A DNA stretch of 64,000 nucleotides. It comes from Hemiscyllium ocellatum. Taxonomy: Eukaryota. The notes under the pieces were generated by a model that was given only the letters and a program-made list of their open reading frames with translations, was not told the origin of the DNA and searched no databases. Location: assembly GCF_020745735.1 (NCBI RefSeq), contig NC_083411.1, positions 35,981,263 through 36,045,262 of the forward strand. The letters are read 5' to 3'. The translations under genes were made by a program, and so were the position numbers. Shown here piece after piece: positions 25,761 through 38,732 of this stretch. The stretch's first letter is position 1. The number at the start of each line of letters is the position of its first letter.

Positions 25761-27220
25761 TTATAGAGTCACGGAGCTGTACAGCACGCAAACAGTCCCT
25801 TCAGTCCAACTCGTCCATGCTGACCAAATATCGCAACTCAATCTAGTACCACCTACCAACACCCGGCCCATATCCCTCCAAACCCTTCCTATTCATATAC
25901 CTATCCAAATGCCTTTTAAATGTTGCAATTGTACTGCCTTCACCACTTCCTCTGGCAGCTCATTCCATAACTGCACCATCCTCTGCATGAAAATGTTGCC
26001 CCTCAGGTCTCTTTTACATCTTTCCCCTCTCACCCTAAACCTATGCCCTATAGTTCCCACCTCAGGGAAAAGACTTTGTCTATTTACCCTATCCATGCCT
26101 CTCATGATTTTATAAACCTCTATAAGGTCACCCCTCAGCCTCTGACGTTCCAGGGAAAACAGCCCCAGCCTATTCAATCTCTCCCTATAGCTCAAACCCT
26201 CCAACCCTGGCAACATTCTTGTTGATCTTTTCTGAACCCTTTCAAGTTTCACAACATCCTTTCGATAGGAAGGAGACCAGAATTGCACGCAATATTCCAA
26301 CAATGGCATAACCAACATCCTGTACAGCTGCAACATGACCTCCCAACTCCTGTATTCAATACTCTAACCAATAAAGAAAAGCATACCAAACGCCTTCTTC
26401 ACTATCCTATCTACCTGTGACTTTATTTTCAAGGAGCTATGAACCTGCAGTCCAAGGTCTCTTTGTTCAGCAACACTCCCTAGGACATTACCATTAAGTG
26501 TATAAGTTCTAAAAGATTTGCTTTCCCAAAATGCAGCACCTCGCATTTATCTGAATTAAACTCCATCTGTCACTCCTCAGCCCATTGGTTCATCTGATCA
26601 AGATCCTGTTGTAATCTGAGGTAACCTTCTTTGCTGTCCACTACACCTCCAATTTTGGTGTCATCTGCAAACTTACTAACTATACCTGTTATGCTCACAT
26701 TCAAATCATTTATATAAATGATGAAAAGTAGTGGAGCCAGCACCGATACTTGTGGCACTCCACTGGTCACAGGCTTCAGTCTGAAAATCAACCCTCCACC
26801 ACCACCCTCTGTCTTTTATCTTTGAGCCAGGTCTGTGTCCAAATGGCTAGTTCACCCTGCATTCCATGAGATCTAACCTTGCTAACTAGTTCCCCATGGG
26901 GAACCTTGCCGAACGCCTCACTGAAGTCCACTTAGATCACGTCTACCATTCTGTCCTCATCAATCCTCTTTGTTACTTTTTCAAAAAACTCAACCAACTT
27001 TGTGAGACATAATTTCCCATGCAAAAAGCTATGTTGACTATCCCTAATCAGTCCTTGCCTTTCCAAATACATGTAATTCCTGTCCCTTAGGATTCCCTCC
27101 AACAACTTGCCCACCACCAACGTCAGGCTCACTGGACTATAGTTCCCTGGCTAGTCCTTACCACCACGTTAGCCAGCCTCAACCTGTGACTATCGATGAT
27201 ACAAATATCTCGGCAAGAGT
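25761..27220 (-). mobile_element. CR1 LINE, 5'-truncated
   Basis: ORFs with GVPQVSVL, YINDL, KFADDTKIGG, LEYCVQFWSP. Same subfamily as 7072-9197. Confidence 0.95.
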
Positions 27221-27224
27221 CACC

Positions 27225-27775
27225 AGACAAAATGAAATTAGTTGCTGTTGAAGACACAACAGTCTGATGTTCCATGGTGGGATCATGAGTCCGGGGGAGA
27301 TTGGAAGAGGTATTTGAGAGCTGGCACTTAGTGTCTACAGTGTAGGGGTCAGTACGCCAGACAACAACAGCACCACCCTTGTCGGTGGGTTTAATTACAA
27401 AGTCAGGATTGTATCTGAGAGCACAGAGTGCAGTCAGTTTAGATGGAGTTGGGTTTGAATAAGTACGAGGGGTGGGGGGGCAGATAGATTGAGGCGATTA
27501 ATGTCACGCTGACAGTTCTCGATGAATAGGTTCAGGTACACAGGCAGAGGGTGAGGTCTAGGAGAAGGGAGAATGTTGGAGGTGGTTGAAGGATCTATGG
27601 GAGGGGGAGAGGACTCTCGTCCAAAGAAATGGGCATTGAGTCAAAGGTGTCGGAAGAAGTGTTCAACATCATGTCATACTCAAAATTCATTGATGTGGGA
27701 TAAAATTGAGACCTTTACTCAGTACCGAACATTCAGCTTCAGGCAACACAAGGTCAGAAAGGATAGTAAATGCAT
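27225..27775 (-). mobile_element. Penelope-like fragment, region N-terminal to RT
   Basis: Minus strand 27341-27400 encodes VIKPTDKGGAVVVWRTD, the Penelope DKG motif. Confidence 0.8.
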
Positions 27776-27799
27776 GATGGGAGGTGAAGTTAAGAGATT

Positions 27800-28435
27800 G
27801 GATGGAGTTTCAGGAAGTGGGTGTTGCATTCATCTCGCTGCTCACAATGAGGTCGGCTATACATTAGGGAGATGAAACACATACTGGGTGAATGCTTTGC
27901 AGGATATCTAGTTCTGTCCTCAAAAGTGACCCTAAGCTTCCTGTTGCCCACCATTTCAACATACCACTGTGTTCCCTGTCTCAGGCTTGCTTAAGGGAAG
28001 GTCAGTGCAAGCTGGAAGAACAGCATCTCATTTTCTGCTGGGGACCCTGTCATCTTCAGGTTCAATAATATCGAGGTCAATGACTTCAGGGCCTGAGCAC
28101 CTTCTCTCATGTCTTTACTCCAATCCCTACACAGCTCGGGGTTACCTCAACCAACCAATTGTCAGTGACAAATGTTCCCGAGTAGCAGCTATTCTTTCCC
28201 CAGGATGACCTTCACCCATTCCTTTGTCAGCTCAACTGTTTTTCTCTCTCTTTGGGCTCCTTCTCCACCTATCGTTTACACCTTCTCCCTTCCATCCCAT
28301 CCTTATCATATTTCTAACCTTTTCCTAACTACAATCAGTTCTGAAGAAGGGTGACTGGATTGAAAATGTTAACTCTGCTTTCTCTCCACAAATGCTGTCA
28401 GACTTCAAGTTTCTCCAGCAATTTCTGTTTTTGCT
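27800..28435 (+). mobile_element. Penelope-like 3' fragment (GIY-YIG remnant + family B hammerhead terminus)
   Basis: Decayed CIH.CSQ.G.LYI..MK, PVAHHFN, KLEEQHLIFLLGTL. Motif AGTT-CTGAAGA-...-GAAA-atgtt-AACT at 28337-28374. Confidence 0.82.
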
Positions 28436-28444
28436 AGTATTTAC

Positions 28445-29885
28445 CACTATGGATTCTGTGACAGTTCCTATAGATTGGAGGGTAGTTAATGTAACTCCAC
28501 TATTTAAAAAGAGGTGGTGATAAAACAAGGAATTATAGGCTGGTTAACTTGACATCGGTAGCGGGGAAAGGGCTAGAATCCATTATACAAGATTTAACAG
28601 CAGATAACCTAGAAAACAGTGACAAGATCAGACAGAATCAGCATGGATTTATGAAAGGAAAATCAACATTGACAAATCTACATGTATTTTTCAAGGATGT
28701 AACTAGTAGAGTTTAATGAAGATCCAGTGGGTGTTGCCTATCTGAACTTTCAGAAGGCCTTTGATAAGGTCTTATTTAAGATACTAGCATGTGAAATTAA
28801 ACTGCCTGGGATTGGGATAGCGTACCGACGTGGATAGAGAACTAGTTGGCAGACAAGAAATAAAGAGTAGGAATAAATTAGTCTTTTGTGAGTTGTACGC
28901 AGTGACCAAAGAGGTACCCCAGGAGTCAGTGCTCCAACCCCAACTATTCACAATCTGTAGTAATGTTTTGGATGAGGGCAATACATATAATCTATCCAAG
29001 TTTTTAGATGACAGAAAACTGGATGAGCAAAAACAGCAAAACAGCAAAAACAGGAAGGTAGATTATTATCTGATTGGTGACAAATTGGGAAAGGAGGGTG
29101 ACGCAATGAGACCTGTGCATCCTCATACACTTGTCGATGAAAGATATAGCTGGAGATGAAGACAAATGGTATTTTGACCTTCATAGTGAGACGATTCAAG
29201 TAAAGGAGCAGGGGTATCTTGCTGCAATTGTATACAACCTTGGTTAGACCTGCCCTACAGCACTGTCTGCAGGTTTGATCTCCTTATTCGAGGAAGGATG
29301 TTCTAGCCATGTGCACTGAAGGTTTCCCAGACTGGGATGGCAAGGCTGATGTATGAAGATTGATTAGGACTATTTTCACTGGAGTTTAGAAAATTGGAGG
29401 GGAATTTATTGAAACCTATAAAATCCTAACAGGACTGTACAGGGTAAATGCAGGAAAGAATTTCCCATTGACTTGGGAATCCAGAACCCAGTGTCACAGT
29501 TTAAGGATATGGGGTAGGCCATACAACACTGAGATGAGGAGAAACTTCCCATCCAGATGAATTGTCAACTTGTGGAATTCTCTGCAAGTTGGTAAAGGGC
29601 TAAAGGGAGTAAAGGTTACGGGAAAAGTGGGATCAGGGTACAGGCAGTTCTTCTCTACTGCAATGGTTGCTTTCTTTTGCAACCCCATGTGATAGAAAGA
29701 ATTGATGGCGATGTCAAACAGCATCTCCAATGTGTCAATCACATTACAGCAAATTTGCTTTGATGAAATGTGTGTTATAGCAGAATGACCTGTACTGAGC
29801 TGGATGATCACCCATCATGTTGTTGAATGACAAAACAGATCTGAAGGACTGAATGACCTACTCCTGCTGCTTTTTGTTATGTTCC
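28445..29885 (+). mobile_element. Old CR1 LINE RT fragment with internal insertion (about 29590-29790)
   Basis: NYRLVNLTSVAGK, QHGFMKGKS, YLNFQKAFDKV, VPQESVL remnants. Confidence 0.85.
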
Positions 29886-30104
29886 TCCATTTTACTGTAA
29901 AGGTGCAGCAATCCTCTCCACAAACCTTGATTTTTAAAATAGTCCTTTTCCTATTTCAATCCACAATTAAATATGCACTCATCCATGCTGTTCACTGAGT
30001 GCATACATTGGCAAGAGTCTCAAAATCATAAATTCCTCCCTGTTGTCAGTCATGAGGAAAGTCCACCCACCCTGTGAAACAGCATGCAAGTGTAACAGAT
30101 TAAA

Positions 30105-30710
30105 CATAGAACAGACCCTTCTGCCCATGATGTTTTGCCAAATATGATATCAAACTTGACTAATCCCTTCTGCCTGCCCTTGGTCCATATCCCTCCACTC
30201 CTTACACATTTAGATGCTACCTAAAAGTGCCTTAAATGCTCCTATCATATCTGTCTCCTCGACCTTTCCTGGCAGTGTGTTCCAGGCTCCTACCACTCTC
30301 TGTGTAAAAAACCTGACCCCACATCTCCTTTGAACTTTGCCCTTCTCACCTTAAATGCATGCTCCCTAGTTTTAGACATTTGAGCTCAGATTCTGACCAT
30401 CAACCCTATCTATGTATCTCATAGTTGTACCGATTTCTATCAAGTCTTCTCTCAGCTCCTGCTGCTACAGAGAAAATAACATGAGTTTTTCTAGCCTCTC
30501 CTTACAGCTCATACCCTCTAATCCAGGCAGCATCCTGGTAAACCTCTTCTGCAACCTTTCCAAAGCCTCCATATCCTTCTTGTAATGTGGTAACCAGAAC
30601 TGAATGCAATACTCTAAGTGTAGTCTAACCAAAGTGTTATAAACTTGCAATGTAATATTTTGACTCTTGTACTCAATTCTCCAACCAATAAAGGTAAGCA
30701 TGCCATACAC
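30105..30710 (-). mobile_element. CR1 3' fragment
   Basis: YNTLVRLHLEYCIQFW..ERLQKRFTRMLPGL. Confidence 0.9.
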
Positions 30711-30770
30711 CTAATGTTGCATGAAGAGTTAATTAGCAGAGGACTGGTGAGTAGGCTAGATGCCCTATAT

Positions 30771-31084
30771 GGTAGCATGGTGGCTCAGTGGTTAGCAGTA
30801 CAGCCTCACATCACCAGGTACCTAGGTTCAATTCCAACCTCAGGCGACTGTCTGTGTGGAGTTTGCACATTCTCCCCGTGTCAGCGTAGGTTTCCTCCGG
30901 GTGCTCCGGTTTCCTCCCACAGTCCAAAGATGCACAGGTTAGGTGAATTGACCATGCTAAATTGCCCATAGTGTCAGGTGCAATAGTCAGAGGGAAGTAG
31001 GTCTGGGTGGGTTAGTCTTCAGAGGATCGGTGTGGACTTGTTGGGCCAAAGAGCCTGTTTCCACACTGTAGGGAATCTAATCTA
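30771..31084 (+). mobile_element. HE1 (V-SINE) full-length
   Basis: tRNA-like A box tggctcagtgg and B box ggttcaattcc, V-domain tgtgtggagtttgcacattctcccc, CR1-like tail, aatct repeats. Confidence 0.92.
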
Positions 31085-31734
31085 ACCATACCTGCAAGGG
31101 TCCAGAAGTTTTGCCTTTGGGAGCTGATAGCTAAGGCATGAATACCAAAGTACAATACTCAAGAATCTGAAGGTAGTTCTTCAAGAAGTTCAATCGCCTT
31201 GAACAAGTACCCATGATTACTGGATGCATCTCCAAATGTCAAGTACAACAAAGAGCACCACCATTACTCACTTTCCAATAATTTCTATCAGTCAGGACTC
31301 ATATCCAATATAAGAGAATCTCCAATTCTCTCAGTGCAGAATATACTACGACTAGAATGCCTTGGCAAAGATTGTTTGTTGTTTGCCACAGAGTTTACAT
31401 CTCCATTCTGTCAATCCCTCAGTATAGGCTGTCTGCTCTGTATGTACACATTTGAGTTCATTTTTGATAAATGAAAATAATAAGACCAAATTTAATAAAT
31501 CAAAGCAAATTTAAATAAAGGGCACTATAGCTTAATTCAGATTTTCATAGGAAAATTAGGGAACTTTAAATTAAGATATCACTGGAGGGGATACTGCCGC
31601 ACTCCACTGCCTGGGGTACCCGCCGGGCACATGAAGCTTCAAGTGTGCAATGTGTGCTCCCTCTCTAACAATGTCCAGGGATTGACGTAATAACAGAATG
31701 TAACAAGTTTAAAAAAAGGGAAGGAATGGGAGTT

Positions 31735-32222
31735 GGTTTACAATTTGAAGGTGTTGAACTCAATATTAAGTCCAGAAGGCTCTAAAGTGCCCAGTCTGAA
31801 AATGAGATGTTGTTCCTCCAGTTTGCTCTGTGATTCACTGGAACATTGCAGCATGCCAAGGACAGACAAGTGAATAGGATGCTGTGTTAAAATGACTGGC
31901 TACAAGGAGGTCAGGGTTATGCTTGCACACAGACTGGAAGCATTCAGCTAAGCAGTTACCCAAACTGTGTGTGGTTTCTCCAATCTAGAATAGATCACAT
32001 TGGGTGCAGCGAATACAATCCACAAGATTGGAGGAGGTACACGTGAAATGCTGCTTCACCTGGAAAGACTGTTTAGACCCTTGGATGGTGAGCAGGGAGG
32101 AGGCGAAGGGGCAAATGTTGCATTTTCTGTGGTTACACAGGAAGGTGCTGTTGGAAGGGGGGTGGTTGGTGTTGGATGACGTAGAATAGACTAGGATGGC
32201 CGGAGGGAATGATCCCTGTGAA
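31735..32222 (-). mobile_element. Penelope-like GIY-YIG fragment
   Basis: CNHRKCNICP..IQGSKQSFQVKQHFTCTSSNLVDCIRCTQC and EEQHLIFRLGTLEPSGLNIEF. Confidence 0.88.
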
Positions 32223-32464
32223 ATACAGGTAGCCTTCTTCATGCTTCCCATTGCATCTAATTTACACACTGCAGATGTTATAACCATAATATGTACCATA
32301 AACATTGCCTTAAGCCTATTCCTTTTAGATTTCAGTGAGGTACATACTAATCAGACAGTGGAGGAACACAAAGAGGGTGATTATGATAGCACAGCATTGT
32401 CTCTTAATTTCAAACTCTCAGTCACCAGTTCAGATTCTGACGTTGCTTACATGCTACTGATATA

Positions 32465-33728
32465 CAGAGTCATAGAGATGTACAGCACGGAATCAGATCC
32501 TTTGATCTAACTTATCCATGTCGACCAGATATCCCAACCCAATCAAGTCTCACCTGCCTGCACCTGGCCCATATCCCTCCAAATCCTTCTGATTCATATA
32601 CCCATTCAAATTACTTTTAAATGTTGCAATTGTACTAGCCTCCACCATTTCCTCTGGCAGCTCATTCCATACATGTACCAGCTTCTGCGTGAACAAGTTG
32701 CCCCTTAGGTCTCTTTTATATCATTGCCCTCTCACCTTAAACCTATGCTCTCTAGTTCTGGACTCCCCCACCCCAGGGAAGAGACTTTGTCTCTTTGTCC
32801 AATCCATGCCCCTCATGATTTTATAAGCTTCTATAAGGTTACCTCTCAGCCTCCGATGCTCCAGGGTAAACAGCCCCAGCCTATTCAACCTCTCCCTATA
32901 GCTCATTTTTTCCAACTCTGGCAATATCCTTGTAATTCTTTTCTGAACCTTTTCAAGTTTCACAACATCCTTCAGATAGAAAGGAGACCAGAATTGCATG
33001 TAATATTATAAAGGTGGCCTAATCAACATCCTGTACAGCTGCAACATGACCTCCCAACTCCTGTACACAATACTCTGACCAATAAAGGAAAGTATACCAA
33101 ATGCCTTCTTCACTATCCTATTTACCTTCAACTCCACTTTCAAGGAGCTATGAATCTGCACTTCAAGGTCTCTTTGTTCAGCAACACTCCATAGGACCTT
33201 ACCATTAAGTGTATAAGTCCTGCTAAGATTTGCTTTCCCAAAATGCAGCACCTCACATTTATCTAAATTAAACTCCATCTGCCACTTGTCAGCCCATTGG
33301 CCCATCTGATCAAAATCCTGTTGTAATCTGAGGTAACCCTCTTCGCTGTCTACTACACCTCCAACTTTGGTGTCAACTATACCTCTTGTGGTCACATTCA
33401 AATCATTTATATAAATGATGAAAGGTAATGGACCCGCACTGATCCTTGTGGCACTCCACTGGTCACAGGCTTCCAGTCTGAAAAACAACCCTCCACCATC
33501 ACTCTCTGTCTTCTATCTTTGAGCCAGTTCTGTATCCAAATGGCTAGTTCACCCTGTATTCCATGAGATCTAACCTTGCTAACCAGTGTCCGATGGGGAA
33601 CCCTGTTGAATGCCTTACTGAAGTCCATATAGATCATGTCCACAACACTGTCCTCATCAATCTTCTTTTATACATCTTCAAAAAAACTCAATCAAGTTTG
33701 TGAGATATGATTTCCTATGCACAAAGCT
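32465..33728 (-). mobile_element. CR1 LINE, 5'-truncated
   Basis: YMDFSKAFNRV, GVPQGSV, YINDL, RLRGNLIEAYKIM, and a CR1 tail at 32465. Confidence 0.95.
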
Positions 33729-33869
33729 TAGAGGCTAGAATAGAGGTCTTAAACATGATCAAACACTGGGCACAGATAGGTTACAATTAGGGCAGAAAGC
33801 AAGCTTTACTGCAGAGTGAAGTTGCATCTGGATTAAACAACAGCAGTTACTAGAAAGGGATTATTCAGA

Positions 33870-34072
33870 GGTTTCCTCTGGGTATTCTGGTTTCCTCCTA
33901 CAATCCAAAGATGGGCAGGCCAGGTGAATAACCCATACTGTTAGGTGCATTAGTCAGGGGTAAAGAAAGGGTGAAGGAATGGGTCTGGGTGGGTTGCTCT
34001 TCAGAGGGTCACTGTGGACTTGTTGGGCTGAATGACCTTTTTCCAAACTGTAGGGTATCTAATTTAATCTAA
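33870..34072 (+). mobile_element. HE1 SINE, 5'-truncated
   Basis: ggtttcctctgggtattctggtttcctcc...ctgtagggtatctaat. Confidence 0.8.
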
Positions 34073-35033
34073 AAAGGTCTCTATTGTTGTGGATTACAGG
34101 AAAATATTAATAGGTATGCAAACCAAATGCTTGATACATTGGGAAGTCAGCCAGAGAGCCTGTGGTCAATGCTAATGAGCAGAGAGGTATCCTGGACCAA
34201 CTTGCACAGTGTTGGCACAAAGCTTGACGCTGATCCTTCCCATGTTAGAAATGATAGCCAATTTCATTCATTCACTAAAGAACCCTTCACCAAAATACCA
34301 TCTGATGGTCAGTCTTGTCTCTATAGTACAAACAGTAGCATCTGAACACCTGACTGCTGTCATCCAGTGATCTGCTTTCCAACAGATGACTAGAACTGCT
34401 GAGGTGTCACTAAGGAAGTTTGCTCTCCTCTCCCAAGAATAAACCATTCCTCCACTCACCCCTTGCACTCTGCCAGTGTTCTTGCTGTTGCCTGTCAGGC
34501 AGCCAGCCCAGAATGATGCTGTTCGTGCTGAAATGGTGGAATCCAAAGATGGGCCTTTTCGCCACAAAGCTTCTCCTGAAAGTCCTGCCAAGTATTCCTG
34601 CAATCTGTCCCATTGTATGTCAGCAGCCCTCCACCAGCCAGGATGCAGCATGGTGTAAGGAGGACTAGCATAAAGAATCATGTATGAAGGGAGGAACTGG
34701 GAATGAATACATGGGAATGACTGGCTCACTTTTATTTGCAATATGATATGATACTACTTAAAGAAAATTATGTTGACTATCTATTTCAATAGACTTTACA
34801 TGTTTTATTAAGGTCAAGTGGATGCTGTGTTGATCAGTGACAGAGGAAAGGCAATGTATGGGAGAGTAGGTAAACGATGAATTGGGCTTGTAGTTATTAG
34901 TGTAGCCCTTGAATGAGTTATTCACAGACAGCTCTGGTTGAAAGGAGCTATCTAAGTTGCCTCCTTCTCCTCCTCCTTTTCTCTGATGGTTTTCCTGCTC
35001 TTCAGCTTTTGTCACATGGCTAGTGATAGCAGC

Positions 35034-35235
35034 TGGAAACACACAGTTAGACAGTATCTGAGGAGCAGGAGAGCCAACGTTTCAAGCATAAGCTTGAGCA
35101 TCAGGCATTCCTGATGAAGAGCTTATGCTCGAAACATTGACTCTACTGCTCCTCAGATACTGCCTGACTGGTTGTGCTTTTCCAGCACCATACGTTTTGA
35201 CTCTGATTTCCAGCATCTGCAGTCCTCACTTTCTC
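35034..35235. mobile_element. Palindromic family A hammerhead element
   Basis: Centre catcagg-catt-cctgatg. TSD ct(a/g)gtgatagcagc at 35020-35033 and 35236-35249. Confidence 0.88.
35107..35142 (+). ncRNA. Minimal hammerhead motif with compensatory stem II change
   Basis: tc-CTGATGA-a-GAGC-ttat-GCTC-GAAA-catt-ga (GAGC/GCTC versus GGGC/GCCC in other copies). Confidence 0.75.
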
Positions 35236-35289
35236 CTGGTGATAGCAGCAACCCACTATTGATGATGCAGCTATACCACTTATTTCGCA

Positions 35290-35620
35290 CTATTTCAAAC
35301 CTTGACATCTGCATGAAGAGTTGACAACTTCTGCAGGATTCTTCCAGAGTGATTCAGTAGTGTAAGCATTGTTTTAGTATGACTTTGCAATAGAGTCATC
35401 ACCCATATAGTCAGTGGATAGCTGTTGGTGCTTAGTAGCAACTCTTTGGTTTGCTGTAGTGCCTCAAAAGCTACAGGCATAGCAAACTGTTAAAGAACAA
35501 AGGCATTATGACTGCTGCCCAGATACCATGTGACCTGCATGATGCATCGCCCATGGACATACACTGAAGGAACTGAATTCCTTCCAGTTCTGTTATAGGG
35601 CACAGTTGGCATCTAGCACC
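35290..35620 (-). mobile_element. Decayed PIF/Harbinger (HARBI1-like) transposase remnant
   Basis: LLLSTNSYPLTIWVMT resembles the WLLGDKGYPL..WLMT motif. Similar debris at about 34350-34750. Confidence 0.5.
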
Positions 35621-35653
35621 TGCAAAATAACATGGCTTCTATATTATTTCATG

Positions 35654-35829
35654 ATGTGGTGGTGCCAATGTTGGACTGGTGTGGACAAAGTTAAAAATCA
35701 TACAACACCAGGTTAGAGTCAAACACATTTATTTGGAAGTACAAGCTCCTTCATCAGGTAGCTAGCTCTGAAACCTGGTACTTCCAAATACACCTGGTGG
35801 ACTATAACCTGGTGTTGTGTGATTTTTAA
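35654..35829. mobile_element. Palindromic family D hammerhead-derived element
   Basis: Arms agttaaaaatcatacaacaccaggtta / taacctggtgttgtgtgatttttaact. Centre keeps cttcatcagg and ctgaaa remnants. 15-bp TSD ctatattattt(c/t)atg at 35639-35653 and 35830-35844. Confidence 0.88.
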
Positions 35830-37074
35830 CTATATTATTTTATGGCACCACCAATTTATGCTCACAATGCTAATGAAGTCACTGCTCACCTCAACTTTTT
35901 GACTCTGACAACAGAGAACGAATTACAATCAGCTTCTGCTGTAGGGAGCGCCTCTGTGGTCCTTATACAAAAGCAGAACTCCAAGACATTGCATGCAACT
36001 TCAACTCAGTAAATATCAGACACACAATGTAACTATCACAGATCCCTTCACAGTCAGTGCCAATGTGATTTTTGTCCTGTTCTGAGTCTCTAATTGTGGC
36101 TCAAACAGTTTACACATTTCAATGTGTGGACATCCTGATAAAGCAGAGATACTTCATACAATATTGCCCACACAGAATTAAATTAGAAAATGACTCTCTG
36201 AACATCCCAGCTTTTCTTCCACTCCTTTTTTTCCCATCAATTTGTCCTGAACTTTGTGGTCTCTTTATTTTCCAAGTTATGCAGTAATCTAAGGCAAAAA
36301 GCGACCACTGCACCCATATCCTGAACAAATGATCGTGTAAAAACCTTAAAGTCTGTTAAAACCCTTTCACAACCTTTCATCTGACTCCCTCTAGACTTTG
36401 AAAATGGATAGCACTAAAATGCAGGAACTAAAAAAAAAGAAAAGAACCAGTAACTCATCTGTAAGCAGTTAATTATCTTTTTCAATAATGCTATTTAGAA
36501 ACTTTTTCTCCTCCTGAATGCATGTTCCACTCTTTAAGAGAGGGTGTTAGCTAGAGCACTGAGCTCCAAATGGTAGCACTGACATCAAATCAACATTGTA
36601 TGCTCACTGACATGATGATCTACCTACTGCATGCGCTCACCAATGTGACGTTCAACACATTTCACCTCAGAAGAATGTGGTGCACCATGGACACCATTTC
36701 TGGAGTTTTAAGGACACTTAAAGTCCCTTAAAATGAATGTAAATGAATATATATTTTTCATCCATAGACGCTTTCTTGCACACAGCTCCTCAGTTACCAG
36801 CACAGTACCATCATCTACCCGAGGAGGTTGTTCATCAGCAGGACTCAGTGGACAGAAAACTGAAGTGCCGTGTGTTTCGCTGACAGATAGACTCTGAGGC
36901 TAATTGTAGTCTTTCAGTTTTTGCCCAACATTGTAACAGCAATTTGGTGGGTGGGAGGTTTTCTTAAGGGTGAAATAAAATAGTCAAAAAATGTTCCTTT
37001 TTGGAGCTTATTTCTTGTTCTCACCATAACCAGATAACCACAAACATAGAGGATCCACATTAAAAGTGTCTTAC

Positions 37075-37206
37075 CTTTTTACACATCACCAATTGATGGT
37101 CAAATAGGAAGAATGTCCTCTGCTGGTTCCGTCCATAAGGCTGGTAAATCCATGTCATTTCCCCAGAATAAATCAACTCAGAGCTCCTGTCCAGAACATC
37201 ATCACC
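37075..37206 (-). CDS. ARHGEF9: ARHGEF9 (collybistin) coding exon, start of PH domain
   Basis: Minus strand: tttttgatattttaag | [44 protein letters not shown] | gtaaga. 132 nt, phase 0, in frame with the 51990-52119 exon across a 14,783-bp intron. Confidence 0.96.
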
Positions 37207-37570
37207 CTTAAAATATCAAAAACATCTTATATAACAACTTGCATCTTTCTAACCTTGAGAAGTTATCTAATATTTAAATCTTTTGAAAAGCCTAGAAGCT
37301 TTATTACTGTTATCTATTTGATCTAATCAAATTTGACCTTTTTTGACCATTAATACATAAGGAGTAGAAAGCAGATGTAGTTGTAACTGTTTTACTTGTA
37401 ATGTGAGCTAATATCAGGAAACAAAGATTGAAACTTGATTGGACTATTTATCAAACTATAGCATAAATGGAAAAGCAACCAGCTGTTTTATGACCTTTTG
37501 GGAAGTTGGTGACCCAAGGAACAGTGCAGGTACCTAAATTACAGAGCTCAGATTCACCTTGCCTATGTCT

Positions 37571-37867
37571 TAGATTAGATTCCCAACAGTATGGAAACAG
37601 GCCCATCAGCCCAACAAGTCCACACTTCCAAAAAGTAATCCACCCAGACCCATTCACCTACATTTACCCCTGACTTAGCAATTTCCCATGGCCAATTCAC
37701 CTGACCTGCACACCTTTGGATTGTGGGACGAAACTGGAGTACCTGGAGGAAACCCACACAAACACAGGAGAATGTGCAACCTCCACACAGACAGTCGCCC
37801 AAGGGATTGAACCTAGGTCCCTGGCACTGTCAGGCAGCTGTGCTAACCAGTGAGCCATCCTGCCACC
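37571..37867 (-). mobile_element. HE1 SINE
   Basis: Reverse-complement match to the other HE1 copies, with tagattagatt tail. Confidence 0.9.
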
Positions 37868-37884
37868 CAGTGCCACTCATGTCA

Positions 37885-38100
37885 CGTCCTTGAAATCAGT
37901 TCAACCAAAAAGGGGCTGTTTAATTTATCCAATAATTCTTCTCCATCAATCAAGATCATTAAAACATCAGATCATTCTTGTCATTTATGGAAGCTTACTG
38001 TGTACAAATTGACTGTCTTGTTTTTCACATTACAACAGAAACTACACTTTAAAAAGTCCTCGGTGATTGTATAGTGTTATGCAATGCCCTTAAGTTACAG
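37885..38100 (+). mobile_element. Decayed DeuSINE fragment
   Basis: ttactgtgtacaaattgactg...cattacaacagaaactacactt resembles the Deu-domain 3' part. Confidence 0.55.
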
Positions 38101-38111
38101 CAGTGCTACAA

Positions 38112-38414
38112 GGGCGGCATGGTGGCACAATGGCACAGTGGTTAGCACTGCTGCCTCACAGCGCCAGAGACTAGGGTTCAATTCCCAACTCAGGCGACTG
38201 ACGGTGTGGAGTTTGCACGTTCTCCCCGTGTCTGCGTGGGTTTCCTCCGGGTACTCCGGTTTCCTCCCACAGTCCAAAGATGTGTGGGTCAGGTGAATTG
38301 GCCATGCTAAATTGCCCGTAGTGTAAGGGGTAAGGGTGGGTTGCGCTTTGGCGGGTTGGTGTGGACTTGTTGGGCCAAAGGGCCTGTTTCCACACTGTAA
38401 GTAATCTAAATCTA
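38112..38414 (+). mobile_element. HE1 SINE, young
   Basis: Complete head, V-domain and tail, with an 8-bp duplication tggcaca(a/g) in the head. Confidence 0.95.
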
Positions 38415-38732
38415 AAAAAAAGGCTTTGCATTTACATTTTCAGTAGAATTAACATTAAAAAAAACACAAAGAGCCAAAAATTGTGTTCCTCCTGCTCCAT
38501 TTTTCTTTTGCCCCAACCATACTCCCTACCATAATGCCTTTGACCATAATTGTCCCCATTCCGAGTAGCCACTTCAAGCTACTGAAGCAGGTGACCTGAA
38601 ACTCACTCACACAGAAGTGCAACTGACCGTGGAGATGTAACAGGGACAAAGCCAGATCTCCCAGATTGTTTACGTGAGACCTGGCTCACAATTTTGTGAT
38701 GGTCTCAGACTTCCCAGAGTAATCACATATTA

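Noticed and set aside
1-37074. Next ARHGEF9 exon (DLIRRDILYYKG...) and the exon upstream of 52119
   Set aside because: Not found by eye; presumed to lie outside the window.
38112-38200. HE1 heads as tRNA genes
   Set aside because: A/B boxes run straight into the SINE body and CR1-like tail, with no complete cloverleaf.
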